64,000 nucleotides of DNA from Bacteroidales bacterium (GTDB lineage: Bacteria > Bacteroidota > Bacteroidia > Bacteroidales > FEN-979): positions 4,505,706 to 4,569,705 of the forward strand of contig OY820914.1 of assembly GCA_963682005.1 (NCBI GenBank), read 5' to 3'. Shown here one piece after another: positions 28,639 to 38,454 of this stretch. Each line of letters opens with the position of its first letter. Within the stretch, counting starts at the first letter, position 1. The notes under the pieces were generated by a model. The model was not told the DNA's origin, made no database searches, and saw nothing but the letters and a program-made list of their open reading frames with translations. A program made the position numbers and the translations under genes.

Positions 28639-29271
28639 ATGGCAGTACTGGTTGGAAAAAAAGCTCCTTTATTTGAAGCTGATGCCGTTGTAAACGGCGG
28701 TGATTTCGTTGAAAAATTTTCACTTGAGCAATATATCGGAAAAAAACATGTGGTATTTTTCTTCTATCCAAAGGATTTTACCTTCGTCTGTCCAACGGAG
28801 ATAATTGCATTTCAGGATAAGCTGAAGGAATTTGAATCCCGGAATGTGGTCATAGTCGGATGCTCTACCGATTCCAAATTCTCACACTGGGCATGGCTGC
28901 AGAGCGAACGCAAGAATGGCGGGATCAAGGGTGTTACGTATCCTTTGGTGGCTGACCTTTCAAAGACCATTTCAATGAATTTCGATGTCCTTGCAGGCGA
29001 GTACATTTACAATGATGATGGTACTATTGAATTTGACGGGGAACCCGCTGCCTATCGTGGTTTGTTCCTGATCGATAAACAGGGTATAGTGCGCCACCAG
29101 GTTGTGAACGACATGCCGCTCGGCAGAAGCATTGATGAAGCGCTACGGATTGTGGATGCCCTCCAGTTCTTTGAGGAAAACGGGGAAGTCTGCCCGGCTG
29201 ACTGGCACAAAGGTTCCATTGGCATCAAAGAAACAGCAGCAAGCATAGCTGCCTATTTAGACAAGCACTGA
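28639..29271 (+). CDS. Typical 2-Cys peroxiredoxin (AhpC/TSA family)
   Basis: VVFFFYPKDFTFVCPTEI (peroxidatic Cys) and GEVCPADW (resolving Cys). Length 210 aa. Confidence 0.9.
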   Translation: MAVLVGKKAPLFEADAVVNGGDFVEKFSLEQYIGKKHVVFFFYPKDFTFVCPTEIIAFQDKLKEFESRNVVIVGCSTDSKFSHWAWLQSERKNGGIKGVTYPLVADLSKTISMNFDVLAGEYIYNDDGTIEFDGEPAAYRGLFLIDKQGIVRHQVVNDMPLGRSIDEALRIVDALQFFEENGEVCPADWHKGSIGIKETAASIAAYLDKH

Positions 29272-29370
29272 TTAAGAGATCTTTTACACAAGGTAATACT
29301 CAAGCCTGGGAAATTTTCATCCGGCAAACTTTGTTTTTCGGGTAACCGTTATTGATCCATTTGAAAGGAT

Positions 29371-29410
29371 AAAAGGATGAAAAGATGCACTTTTCGTCCT
29401 TTTATGTTTT
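29371..29410. terminator. Terminator hairpin between the peroxiredoxin gene and the convergent membrane-protein gene
   Basis: AAAAGGATGAAAAG-atgca-CTTTTCGTCCTTTT (14 bp, one G.T pair) followed by a T-rich tract. Confidence 0.55.
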
Positions 29411-29487
29411 TGGGGGTAATAGTGCACTCTACAGTTAAATCAGGGCATTCAGCGCTTTTACAAGGTCGGAAATTCAGATGCGATCCG

Positions 29488-30975
29488 TTACCTGAACCTT
29501 ATCAGTTGCGTTTTTATTCTGTCTGACTTAAATACGATGCGATAGTTCTTTCTGGTTACGGTATTTGTATCAGCCAGAAAAATGTAAGCATAGTCATCAC
29601 CTCCAGTTAATCCAATGCGGTCAAGAGGAGTCAACCAGGAAAGTTTTTTTGTGCTTTTGTAAAAATTCATGGTTGGCTCGAACAGCCAATTGATCCCCAC
29701 TTTGACCTTATGACCCTGGATCGGATCCTTCTTCTGGTCAGCGATAAGCGCCAGAACTGCATTTTTTGTTTCACTGTCATAACCCCATTCAGAGCAATCT
29801 GTAAAATTCCTGTTACGGTAAAAATGCAGACCTGATAATATCGCAGCTACTACCAGAATTGAAATGAAAAAGCACCGTCCCTTGCCATGACTCAGAAAAT
29901 CCAATAAATAGCCCAGATTTAAAACGAACAGCGGTAGAAGAAATAAGGCGAACCGTCCGATCAGATAATCTGTTTTCAATAAGTCAAATTGCAGGATTGT
30001 TTCTGCTCCGATGATCAGAAATATCATGTTTACAATGATCCATGATCGGTTCTGGTCGAGAAAATTCTTCAGCGATTTTAAAGTATTGAGGAGGATCAGG
30101 GCAAAGGAACCCCATAAAACCAGGATAATGATCATCTTCATGCAGAACAACTGTAATGCGTTTAGCTGCATCCCGGGCAAGATATTATAAACTATAGAGG
30201 TGACCGAGTCGCTGATAAATCCCTGTTTCCCCCCAAAATTCAATGTATTGAACTTAATCGCTCTCCTGATTGGTTCGTACAGGATGAGGATGATTGGTAT
30301 CAAACATAAAAGATTGGTCCTGTTCGCCGTTATAAAATTAAATTTCACATTCCTGTTGAAATGAGTTTCAGCAAATCTTATAATATTGTAAACCAATAAT
30401 GCTGCAACATAATAGGTCAGCATGGTAAAGCTGCTTAAAATGGCCAGCAGACCGGCCAGGTTGAAAAGCACCAGGTTCTTATCCCTTTTATGTTCAAAAG
30501 ATGTAATAAGGTGATAAAGGCTCATGGTCATAAATCCAATAGACATTCCGTATCCGCGTGCTAAACCAAAAAAATCCATGAGTACACTGTTTGTTGCCAA
30601 TACAATGAATATGCAACATGAAATGACAGGATTCAATCTTTTCAGCAATAACACTGTATAAATCAGGAAGACCAGGAATAGCAATAAATTCGGGAGTCTC
30701 AAAGCAAATTCTGAGCTACCGAAAAGCATTTCAGAATATTTTACCCCCAGGGTGTTTAAAATGTGGTTATTTGTGTATGCACCCTTGTTTGACAGAATAT
30801 CCAGAAAACTTTGTGACACGTAATGGTTGTATGAAAAGCTTTCATCGTGTGTGAAAGAAGCCACTGAGGATTTTTCTGCAATGTATAAAAAAACCATGAC
30901 CCCGGTAATGACAATGATTATCGTGCCTGGTTTAAGTTTTTTCAGCCTTTCGAAAAACAAGTGAATGTAGGTCAT
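29488..30975 (-). CDS. Polytopic membrane protein, GT-C/ArnT-PMT-like glycosyltransferase candidate
   Basis: 495 aa with about 11 hydrophobic helices. The first loop is SFTHDESFSYNHYV (an acidic DE-type motif), and there is a C-terminal soluble domain of about 110 aa. Confidence 0.5.
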   Translation of the reverse strand: MTYIHLFFERLKKLKPGTIIIVITGVMVFLYIAEKSSVASFTHDESFSYNHYVSQSFLDILSNKGAYTNNHILNTLGVKYSEMLFGSSEFALRLPNLLLFLVFLIYTVLLLKRLNPVISCCIFIVLATNSVLMDFFGLARGYGMSIGFMTMSLYHLITSFEHKRDKNLVLFNLAGLLAILSSFTMLTYYVAALLVYNIIRFAETHFNRNVKFNFITANRTNLLCLIPIILILYEPIRRAIKFNTLNFGGKQGFISDSVTSIVYNILPGMQLNALQLFCMKMIIILVLWGSFALILLNTLKSLKNFLDQNRSWIIVNMIFLIIGAETILQFDLLKTDYLIGRFALFLLPLFVLNLGYLLDFLSHGKGRCFFISILVVAAILSGLHFYRNRNFTDCSEWGYDSETKNAVLALIADQKKDPIQGHKVKVGINWLFEPTMNFYKSTKKLSWLTPLDRIGLTGGDDYAYIFLADTNTVTRKNYRIVFKSDRIKTQLIRFR

Positions 30976-30978
30976 ATT

Positions 30979-32376
30979 TTAGTCAATCTTTTGATAGACC
31001 GAATACTCTATTTCTCTGCCGTGATCATCCGCTTTGATATCTAAGAGATTAACGAAACCAGGGTGTTGTTCAATATCTGATTTCCTGATATTTGATTCAA
31101 CAACGGAAAACCAGTTCTCCCAGATAATAAGATCTGACGGCATTACATGGTCCAGGTCTTGCACTGAAAGGGACATTCTTTTGTTCTGATCAAACCAGTC
31201 GATGTGTAAAACTTCGGACAAATAAGGATGGCAGCAAAAAAGCCGGCCATTTCCCCTGTTCCGTTCTTTGACAAACTGAGCAGCTTCGATCGCCATCAGC
31301 TGATCCCTGCTGAGGGTCATATCTCGTTTCCATTGTATTGCTGCCGGATTGGATGTGAACGGAAATATCATCACATAAAGAACGAATAATGTCTGGATCA
31401 TCAACTTCAATTTTTTCCTGGCTTCCATGAACCGATTCTCTGTAGCAAAATTGAATCCCATTAGCGCAATTATGGCAATAAGAGGAATTACTCCAATAAA
31501 AACACGCTTGAGCCCCATTGAATTAAATATTCCCAAATACCAGAAAAGGCTATGAGCAACGAAAAAAGCCAAAAATCCAACGAATACAAGAATTATCTCT
31601 TCCGGGGATTTCCTGAATTTCGAAACCTTTGCGATCAAACTTACAAATCCTGTCACAAAGAGAACATAAATCGGCAACCCGATGATATAGTATAGTTGAT
31701 CGGCAAAATGAAATATTTTCCCACTTCCATAGGGACTGCTCATATTGGCATATGGAATCCTTTTAAAGACCCAAAAAATATCATGATGAAAGAAAACACC
31801 TGAGATTGTATAGGCTGCGGAGCCAACCAGCAAATATGGAATAACGCGCCACTGCTTCTTAATAATAAGGTAAAATAAAAACACACCCATGATGATATAT
31901 CCTTCTGACCTGATGAAAGGCAGGAAAGATAATATAATGCCTGCTGCTATATATTTGTGCTCCACCGATAAAAACAGAATAAATGCTACAGTAAAGGCAA
32001 ATAAAGGTTCCGTTAATCCGGAAAATGTGAGAATATAATAGAGCGGGGTAAATACCAGGAAAACCGCACACAGAACTGCATTCCTTATATTTAAAGCCTC
32101 AGCTGATTTATAGGTAAAGAAGATTGTCAGTAACACAAGCAGAGCATTAAAAACCTTAATGCCATTAAAACCAAAGTGAGCAAAGGGAAAAGCTAATAAA
32201 ACGAAGACGGGCTTTGCCCATTGATCGAAGAAAAGTTCCGGATGAACCGGTGCATACTTGGCAAACAGATAGTGTAATATGCTGTCACCTGCATCCCCGG
32301 TGCCATTAAAGAATATGATTGTAAAGATTGCGATAATTACGTAAGCGAAGAGAATATAGTAAATGATCCTTTTCAT
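30979..32376 (-). CDS. Polytopic membrane protein, second GT-C-like candidate
   Basis: 465 aa. The first loop is GTGDAGDSILHYLFAKYAP, followed by many TM helices and a C-terminal soluble domain of about 130 aa. It lies 3 nt upstream of the previous gene on the same strand. Confidence 0.45.
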   Translation of the reverse strand: MKRIIYYILFAYVIIAIFTIIFFNGTGDAGDSILHYLFAKYAPVHPELFFDQWAKPVFVLLAFPFAHFGFNGIKVFNALLVLLTIFFTYKSAEALNIRNAVLCAVFLVFTPLYYILTFSGLTEPLFAFTVAFILFLSVEHKYIAAGIILSFLPFIRSEGYIIMGVFLFYLIIKKQWRVIPYLLVGSAAYTISGVFFHHDIFWVFKRIPYANMSSPYGSGKIFHFADQLYYIIGLPIYVLFVTGFVSLIAKVSKFRKSPEEIILVFVGFLAFFVAHSLFWYLGIFNSMGLKRVFIGVIPLIAIIALMGFNFATENRFMEARKKLKLMIQTLFVLYVMIFPFTSNPAAIQWKRDMTLSRDQLMAIEAAQFVKERNRGNGRLFCCHPYLSEVLHIDWFDQNKRMSLSVQDLDHVMPSDLIIWENWFSVVESNIRKSDIEQHPGFVNLLDIKADDHGREIEYSVYQKID

Positions 32377-32428
32377 ACCTTATGCAGTTTGAGAATACAA
32401 TTCAGTATCCAGATTCATTTTACTGGTT

Positions 32429-33235
32429 TTACAGGACCGAATTCCTGCCGAGATTTTTTGCTTCAACCCAGAACCGCTCCATCTCTTCTAGTGTCATCTC
32501 ATTGAGGGCCTTGTTTGACTTCTTGGCCTGTTCCTCAATGTACTGAAACCGTTTGATGAATTTCAGGTTTGTTCTCTCAAGGGCGTCATCTGGATTGACA
32601 TTAATAAAGCGGGCATAATTGATTAAGGCAAAAAACAAGTCCCCGACTTCCTCTTCCTTTTTTTCAGGATCATTCCCATTTACGAGAACGTCCTTAAGTT
32701 CATTCATTTCTTCCAAAACCTTTGCCCACACATCTTCTGTACTTTCCCAATCAAAACCAACACCGCTTGCCTTCTCCTGTATCCGGTATGCTTTCACAAG
32801 AGATGACAGGGAATTTGGCACTCCCGAGAGCACCGATTTATTTCCTGCTTCCGTCAGCTTAATCTTTTCCCAGTTGTCCTTAACATTTTTTGCATCGGTG
32901 ACTTTAACATCACCAAATATGTGTGGATGGCGATGAATCAATTTTTCTGTAATTGTATTTAATACATCAAGAATATCAAAAGAGCCAGACTCAGATGCGA
33001 TTTTTGAATAGAAGACAAGATGCAACATCAGATCCCCTAATTCCTTTTTTATTCCATCCATATCCTTGCCAAGGATCGCATCCGAAAGCTCGTGGGTCTC
33101 TTCAATTGTAAGGTGACGGATGCTTTCCAACGTCTGCTTTTGATCCCAGGGACATTTTTCCCGCAGTTCATCCATGATCTCCAGTAATCTGCCAAACGCT
33201 TCAACTTTCTTTTCCATCAATCGGTTTTTGTGCAA
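32429..33235 (-). CDS. mazG: Nucleoside triphosphate pyrophosphohydrolase MazG
   Basis: LLEIMDELREKCPWDQKQTLESIRHLTIEETHELSDAI, and a second MazG repeat EEVGDLFFALINYARF. Confidence 0.85.
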   Translation of the reverse strand: MHKNRLMEKKVEAFGRLLEIMDELREKCPWDQKQTLESIRHLTIEETHELSDAILGKDMDGIKKELGDLMLHLVFYSKIASESGSFDILDVLNTITEKLIHRHPHIFGDVKVTDAKNVKDNWEKIKLTEAGNKSVLSGVPNSLSSLVKAYRIQEKASGVGFDWESTEDVWAKVLEEMNELKDVLVNGNDPEKKEEEVGDLFFALINYARFINVNPDDALERTNLKFIKRFQYIEEQAKKSNKALNEMTLEEMERFWVEAKNLGRNSVL

Positions 33236-33307
33236 AATTAAGAATTTATCAATCGTGCCCTTTCAAATAAACAAACCGGATCTCCCCGGCCAATCAGAAA
33301 TTCCTCA

Positions 33308-33315
33308 TACCTTTG
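33308..33315 (+). promoter_or_regulatory. -7 promoter box for the PagL-like gene
   Basis: TACCTTTG, 29 nt upstream of the TTG start at 33344. Confidence 0.45.
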
Positions 33316-33343
33316 TGAGTGGTAAAAACAAACACAGGTACTA

Positions 33344-34564
33344 TTGAAAAGAAATATTCGCAATAATTCCCTGGAATTTTTCCTAGTCCTTAGCTTCCTG
33401 ATATTGTCCTTCTCTTTTCCCCGTGTTTCTAATGCCCAGTATCAGCATAAGTTATTCACTTCCAATTTAATGATTGAAGGGAAGGTTTACTATGGGTTTA
33501 TTTATGCCCATCACCTGGAGCTGGAAATTTTTAATAGTCATGTAATGGCCTTCGAAGTAAGCATATTGCAGCAAACCTACGGCAGGCACAAATGGGAGAT
33601 TGCGTTTAATTACCCGATTATCGGCATTGGGATGTGGTATTCCTCCCTGGGGAAATCCCCTTACCTGGGATCAGCCTTAGCACTTTTTCCGTACATCAAT
33701 TTCCCCCTCTTTAAGAATGACAAGCTAATGTGCAATTTCAGGTTCGCCCTTGGAATCGGATACCTGACAAAAAAGTTTGACAGGCTTGAGAATTATAAGA
33801 ACCTGGCCATTGGATCTCATTTTAATGCTGCACTGAATGTGATGCTGGAGGCCCGATACAGATTAAGCAACATGATCATCCTTACGGGTGGAATTGCCCT
33901 GCAGCATTTTTCAAATGGTTCGCTAAAATTGCCCAATTATGGATTGAATATTCCGATGATAAATGCAGGAATCGTTTACCGTTTGGCCAGGAAGAACAAG
34001 GACATTGGTGATCATTTTTACCCCCCGGTGGAACCATTTTCTGCAATAATCAGGCATTCCATTGAATTCGATTTTGGTGCAGCCATCGGATACAAGAACT
34101 TGTCGGCAATATTGGGAAGGAATTTTCTTGTTTATCACTTCTATGAAAACACTTTGTTCCCAATCAGCAGGAAAAGCCAGGTCGGATTTGGCTTTGATCT
34201 GTCCTATGATGGATCCCATGTTGCCATTCTTGATAAAGCAGGTGAATCCTATAGTTCGATGTTTCAGATCATGAGACCCGGCATCAATGCAGCTTATAAC
34301 CTGAATATGGGTAAATTAAATTTCATCGTTAATCTTGGTTATTATTTGGGAGGGAAGGTCACCAATAATGGCCCATTATATGAAAAATTTTCGCTCCAAT
34401 ATAATTTCTCGAAGAGCTTTTTTGCAAATGTAATGCTGAAAGTGCATTTCGGCAGGGCTGATTATATAGGCTGGGGCTTAGGTTACAGGTTTTTGTACCT
34501 TTATGGAAAAAAACCTGTAAAAACCAGGTTTACGCCACCTGTAAGATCAATGGAGACGGATTAA
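33344..34564 (+). CDS. Outer-membrane acyloxyacyl hydrolase / lipid A deacylase (PagL-like) candidate
   Basis: Signal peptide (LSFLILSFSFPRVSNAQ), then alternating beta-strand patterns. GIALQHFSNGSLKLPNYGLN resembles the PagL-family His/Ser/Asn region. This is a by-eye assignment. Confidence 0.5.
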   Translation: MKRNIRNNSLEFFLVLSFLILSFSFPRVSNAQYQHKLFTSNLMIEGKVYYGFIYAHHLELEIFNSHVMAFEVSILQQTYGRHKWEIAFNYPIIGIGMWYSSLGKSPYLGSALALFPYINFPLFKNDKLMCNFRFALGIGYLTKKFDRLENYKNLAIGSHFNAALNVMLEARYRLSNMIILTGGIALQHFSNGSLKLPNYGLNIPMINAGIVYRLARKNKDIGDHFYPPVEPFSAIIRHSIEFDFGAAIGYKNLSAILGRNFLVYHFYENTLFPISRKSQVGFGFDLSYDGSHVAILDKAGESYSSMFQIMRPGINAAYNLNMGKLNFIVNLGYYLGGKVTNNGPLYEKFSLQYNFSKSFFANVMLKVHFGRADYIGWGLGYRFLYLYGKKPVKTRFTPPVRSMETD

Positions 34565-35349
34565 TGTCATTTATCATCTTTGGCGTGAAAACCCAACATA
34601 TGAGGTTTATAAAATTTTCTACTGTAAGTTTTTCCATTGGAATCGCATTAACGATCATCCTTATCTCAGGGTGTGGGAAGTCCACAGATTGCCTGTCAAA
34701 TTCCGGCGAGGTAATCAGAGAAGAAAGGCGCGTTGAAGATTTTGACAGTATTGACGTCAGAAACTATGTAAACCTGATTCTCAGTCAGGACAGCATCAAT
34801 AAAGTGGTTGTCGAATCAGGAGCAAACATAATCAATGGAATAACAACGGAAGTGACTGGAAACACACTGATATTAGATAATACCCTTGCATGTAAATGGC
34901 TTAGAAGCTATAATACACCGGTCAATGTCTATATTTCAGCAAAAAATCTTTCAAAAATTATTTACTCCTCATCTGGCAACATTTCATCAGATAATACAAT
35001 TACATCAAAAAAGATTATTTTGGACATCCTGGAAGGAGCTGGTTCAATCGATCTTAACCTTAATATAGACGAGGGCATTTTCATCCTGCGCATGGGAACA
35101 GCAGATGTAAAGTTACACGGTATCTGTAAGATCAGCTCCGTTTATTCGGGTGAATTTGGCTTATTCCAGTTAAGTGATCTGAAAACAAATTTTACCTTCA
35201 TTACCAATAAAGGATCGAATGACTGCTACATCAATGTAAATGATTACCTGGTTGCAACCATTACGTCAATCGGAAATATCTATTATACCGGGAATCCTGA
35301 TTCAGTCAGTACAAATATCACCGGGCAAGGAAAGCTGATACAATATTAA
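34564..35349 (+). CDS. DUF2807 / head-GIN-domain protein (putative adhesin-like beta-solenoid)
   Basis: [54 protein letters not shown] ... [10 protein letters not shown]. The likely true start is MRFIKF at 34603, followed by a lipoprotein-like ISGC. Confidence 0.6.
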   Translation: MSFIIFGVKTQHMRFIKFSTVSFSIGIALTIILISGCGKSTDCLSNSGEVIREERRVEDFDSIDVRNYVNLILSQDSINKVVVESGANIINGITTEVTGNTLILDNTLACKWLRSYNTPVNVYISAKNLSKIIYSSSGNISSDNTITSKKIILDILEGAGSIDLNLNIDEGIFILRMGTADVKLHGICKISSVYSGEFGLFQLSDLKTNFTFITNKGSNDCYINVNDYLVATITSIGNIYYTGNPDSVSTNITGQGKLIQY

Positions 35350-36821
35350 TAGGCTTTTGCAAAAACCACCCGCTGAGTGGAAGGTTTACCAGAATAGATA
35401 CATTTCCCCTCTTCCCTGGGATTGTTCAATGGTATTACCCTGATGGTCGCCTTTGTTTCGTCCTTGATCTTTTCTTCGGTTTCCGGAGTACCGTCCCAAT
35501 GTGCATAAAGAAAACCACCCTTCTCTTCAAGGGTTTTCTTGAACTCATCCCATGTATTTACATAAAATGAGTTATTCTCCCTGAATGACAGAGCCCTGTT
35601 GTAAAGATCCTGCTGTATTTTATCCAGCAGGTGAACAATCTTTGTTTCAATGTCTGTGATCTGGAATGTCTCTTTTTCCAATGTGTCTCTTCTGGAGATT
35701 TCAACCGTACCCTGCTCAATATCGCGCGGTCCGATCGTCATTCTGACAGGCACTCCTTTAAACTCATATTCTGAGAATTTCCACCCCGGTTTGTGCGTAT
35801 CACGGTCATCGTATTTGCAGGTGACACCAAGTTTCCGAAGGGCTTCAACGACAGGGATAACCTTTTCTGTGATCATTGCCAGCTGTTCTTCATTTTTGAA
35901 CACCGGTACGATCGCAACCTGGATGGGTGCAAGCTTTGGAGGCAGGATCAGGCCGTTATCATCTGAATGCGCCATGATCAACGCGCCCATCAATCGAGTG
36001 GAAACGCCCCAGGAAGTCGCCCAGACATAATCCAACTGATTCTCCCGATTAAGGAATTTCACATCGAATGCCTTCGCAAAATTCTGTCCCAGGAAATGTG
36101 ATGTACCAGTCTGCAATGCCTTCCCATCCTGCATAAGAGATTCAATGGCATAAGTATCGATCGCTCCGGCAAACCGTTCTGCAGGGCTTTTTGTCCCTTT
36201 AAGAACGGGCAAGGCCATCCAGTTTTCCGCAAAATCAGCGTACACATTAAGCATTGTTTCCGCTTCTTTTATGGCTTCCTCCTTTGTTGCATGGGCGGTA
36301 TGACCTTCCTGCCAGAGAAATTCCGCGGTACGGAGAAACAACCGTGTCCTCATCTCCCAGCGCACTACATTAGCCCATTGATTAATCAGTATCGGGAGAT
36401 CCCTGTAAGATTTAATCCAGTTTTTATAAGTGTCCCAGATAATCGTTTCAGATGTCGGTCTGACAATCAGTTCTTCCTCAAGTTTTGCATCCTCATCCAC
36501 AACGACGCCTTTGCCATCAGGCGATTGTTTTAGCCGGTAATGGGTAACGACGGCACATTCTTTTGCAAAACCCTCAACATGGCTGGCTTCACGGCTAAAG
36601 AACGATTTGGGTATGAACAGGGGGAAGTAAGCGTTCGAGTGACCTGTGTCCTTGAACTTTTTATCGAGTGCTGCCTGGATTTTTTCCCAGATTGCATAAC
36701 CATACGGTTTAATAACCATGCACCCGCGTACCGCAGAATTTTCAGCCAGGTCAGCTCTAATTACCAGGTCGTTGTACCATTGAGAATAATTCTCTTCTCT
36801 TGTTGGAAAATCTTTTGCCAT
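35346..36821 (-). CDS. proS: Proline--tRNA ligase (archaeal/eukaryote-like type)
   Basis: [58 protein letters not shown]. Length 491 aa. Confidence 0.9.
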   Translation of the reverse strand: MAKDFPTREENYSQWYNDLVIRADLAENSAVRGCMVIKPYGYAIWEKIQAALDKKFKDTGHSNAYFPLFIPKSFFSREASHVEGFAKECAVVTHYRLKQSPDGKGVVVDEDAKLEEELIVRPTSETIIWDTYKNWIKSYRDLPILINQWANVVRWEMRTRLFLRTAEFLWQEGHTAHATKEEAIKEAETMLNVYADFAENWMALPVLKGTKSPAERFAGAIDTYAIESLMQDGKALQTGTSHFLGQNFAKAFDVKFLNRENQLDYVWATSWGVSTRLMGALIMAHSDDNGLILPPKLAPIQVAIVPVFKNEEQLAMITEKVIPVVEALRKLGVTCKYDDRDTHKPGWKFSEYEFKGVPVRMTIGPRDIEQGTVEISRRDTLEKETFQITDIETKIVHLLDKIQQDLYNRALSFRENNSFYVNTWDEFKKTLEEKGGFLYAHWDGTPETEEKIKDETKATIRVIPLNNPREEGKCIYSGKPSTQRVVFAKAY

Positions 36822-36874
36822 TTTTACTTTATGGTATAATATTTGCTAACTTTCAGTGTAATCTGATAAGATCG

Positions 36875-36882
36875 CAAAAGTA
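36875..36882 (-). promoter_or_regulatory. -7 promoter box for proS
   Basis: Minus-strand TACTTTTG (plus strand caaaagta), 54 nt upstream of the proS ATG. Confidence 0.4.
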
Positions 36883-36943
36883 ATAATATTCCAGAACTCT
36901 CAGACAATAAACATACCCAAACCGCTCCAAAGGAGGAATAACA

Positions 36944-38431
36944 ATGAAAAAAATTGTAGCAATATTCGGGATTTTAAGCCTGCTCGCTGCAGGATGTAAA
37001 ACCCAGCAGAAAACATCTTCCCTGAACAAAGATGATGTTTACTATTCAAAGCCGGTAACCAACCAGCCGGCACAGCAGGAAACCGCTTCAAAAATGGACC
37101 TGTCTGCACCAAAGACCGTTGCTCCCTCTGATGACAATTCAGCAGTACCACCGGCATCAGCCAATTACAATGCGGATGATAATGATTATTCGTATTCTGC
37201 AAGGATTAAACGGTTCAATGAACCCGTTGGAGATCTTGGTTATTATAGCGATGCTTATACCAATCCCAAGAATTATGACACCACTGTAAAAAGTTCTCCG
37301 GATGTCAATGTGTATGTTGGCGGAGGATACGGATTCAGTGATTACAGCCCTTCCATTTCGTTCGGCATGAGCTGGGGGTGGGGCTCCTGCGGGTATGGTT
37401 ATCCTTACTATTGGGGTGGCTGGGATTATCCTTATTACGGGTATTATCCTTACTATGGGTATTATCCATATTGGGGCTATCCTTATTATTACGGATATGG
37501 AGGTTATTGGAACGGATACGCCGACGGCTATTACGATGGTTATTACGGTTATCCTTACGGGGGATATCCATACAGCGGATATTATGGACAACGATCGGCA
37601 TTATGGACCACTGACGGCTATAGCAGCGGGAATGCCAGGGAAACCACTTCCCCGGCAACATCAGCTGCAACAAAGAATTTAACAACGGTTCCTGCCGGTG
37701 CCAGTACAAGATCCACTTCGATACCGACCCCTCCAAAGGAATCCCCGTCTTCCAGATCAGAAATACAACGAAATTCGCCGGACCCAAAATATACTGCACC
37801 GTCACAGAGAAGTAATGCCGGAGCTACCACACAGACATCAAGGCAGGTACCTGCAGATCAGCAGCGTTACAATTATTCCAGGTCTTCAGGTCAGAGTCCG
37901 GCCTCATACCAGCGCGGTAAAGCAGGAAATACTGCCAACAATAACCAGGCACAGCGAAATGCCGCTCCACGCTATGCAAAGCCGGGGTATTCTGCTCCCG
38001 CACGCTCATCGAAAACGCAGACATATGCATCACCTGCTTACAGACAGCCGAAATCAAGCCAGGAATATATCAGCCCTAGAACCCAGGGGGGGCAGGATAA
38101 TTCAGGATCAAGGTCTTCAAGCTATTCAAACGGCGACAGGCGTGGATCCCAATCAAATTACAGCCGGAGCACTCAATCAAATTCCACACCATCCAATAAC
38201 AGGAGCTACCAATCCGCTCCTTCAAGAAGCTACACACCTTCAAACTCAAATCCTTCCGGATCTTATAATTACTCAGCACCTTCCCGGTCAGGAGGCAATA
38301 ACAGCTATTCCGCGCCTTCTCAATCAAGCGGAGGCAATAATTATTCCGCGCCTTCACGTTCAAGTGGTGGCAGCAGCGGCGGTGGCGGAGGTAATTCCGG
38401 TGGATCTGGAGGAGGCGGTAGGAGAAGATAA
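36944..38431 (+). CDS. Lipoprotein with a Tyr/Gly/Trp/Pro low-complexity core and a Ser/Asn/Pro/Arg-rich repeat tail ending in GGGGRRR
   Basis: Signal peptide plus lipobox MKKIVAIFGILSLLAAGC (Cys18). Residues ~124-215 read GYGYPYYWGGWDYPYYGYYPYYGYYPYWGYPYYYGYGGYWNGYADGYYDGYYGYPYGGYPYSGYYG. The tail carries YSAPSRSGGNNS / YSAPSQSSGGNN / YSAPSRSSGGSSGGGGGNSGGSGGGGRRR. AGGAGG lies 7 nt before the ATG. Confidence 0.7.
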   Translation: MKKIVAIFGILSLLAAGCKTQQKTSSLNKDDVYYSKPVTNQPAQQETASKMDLSAPKTVAPSDDNSAVPPASANYNADDNDYSYSARIKRFNEPVGDLGYYSDAYTNPKNYDTTVKSSPDVNVYVGGGYGFSDYSPSISFGMSWGWGSCGYGYPYYWGGWDYPYYGYYPYYGYYPYWGYPYYYGYGGYWNGYADGYYDGYYGYPYGGYPYSGYYGQRSALWTTDGYSSGNARETTSPATSAATKNLTTVPAGASTRSTSIPTPPKESPSSRSEIQRNSPDPKYTAPSQRSNAGATTQTSRQVPADQQRYNYSRSSGQSPASYQRGKAGNTANNNQAQRNAAPRYAKPGYSAPARSSKTQTYASPAYRQPKSSQEYISPRTQGGQDNSGSRSSSYSNGDRRGSQSNYSRSTQSNSTPSNNRSYQSAPSRSYTPSNSNPSGSYNYSAPSRSGGNNSYSAPSQSSGGNNYSAPSRSSGGSSGGGGGNSGGSGGGGRRR

Positions 38432-38454
38432 TCTGAATTTTAACCTGAAAGAAT

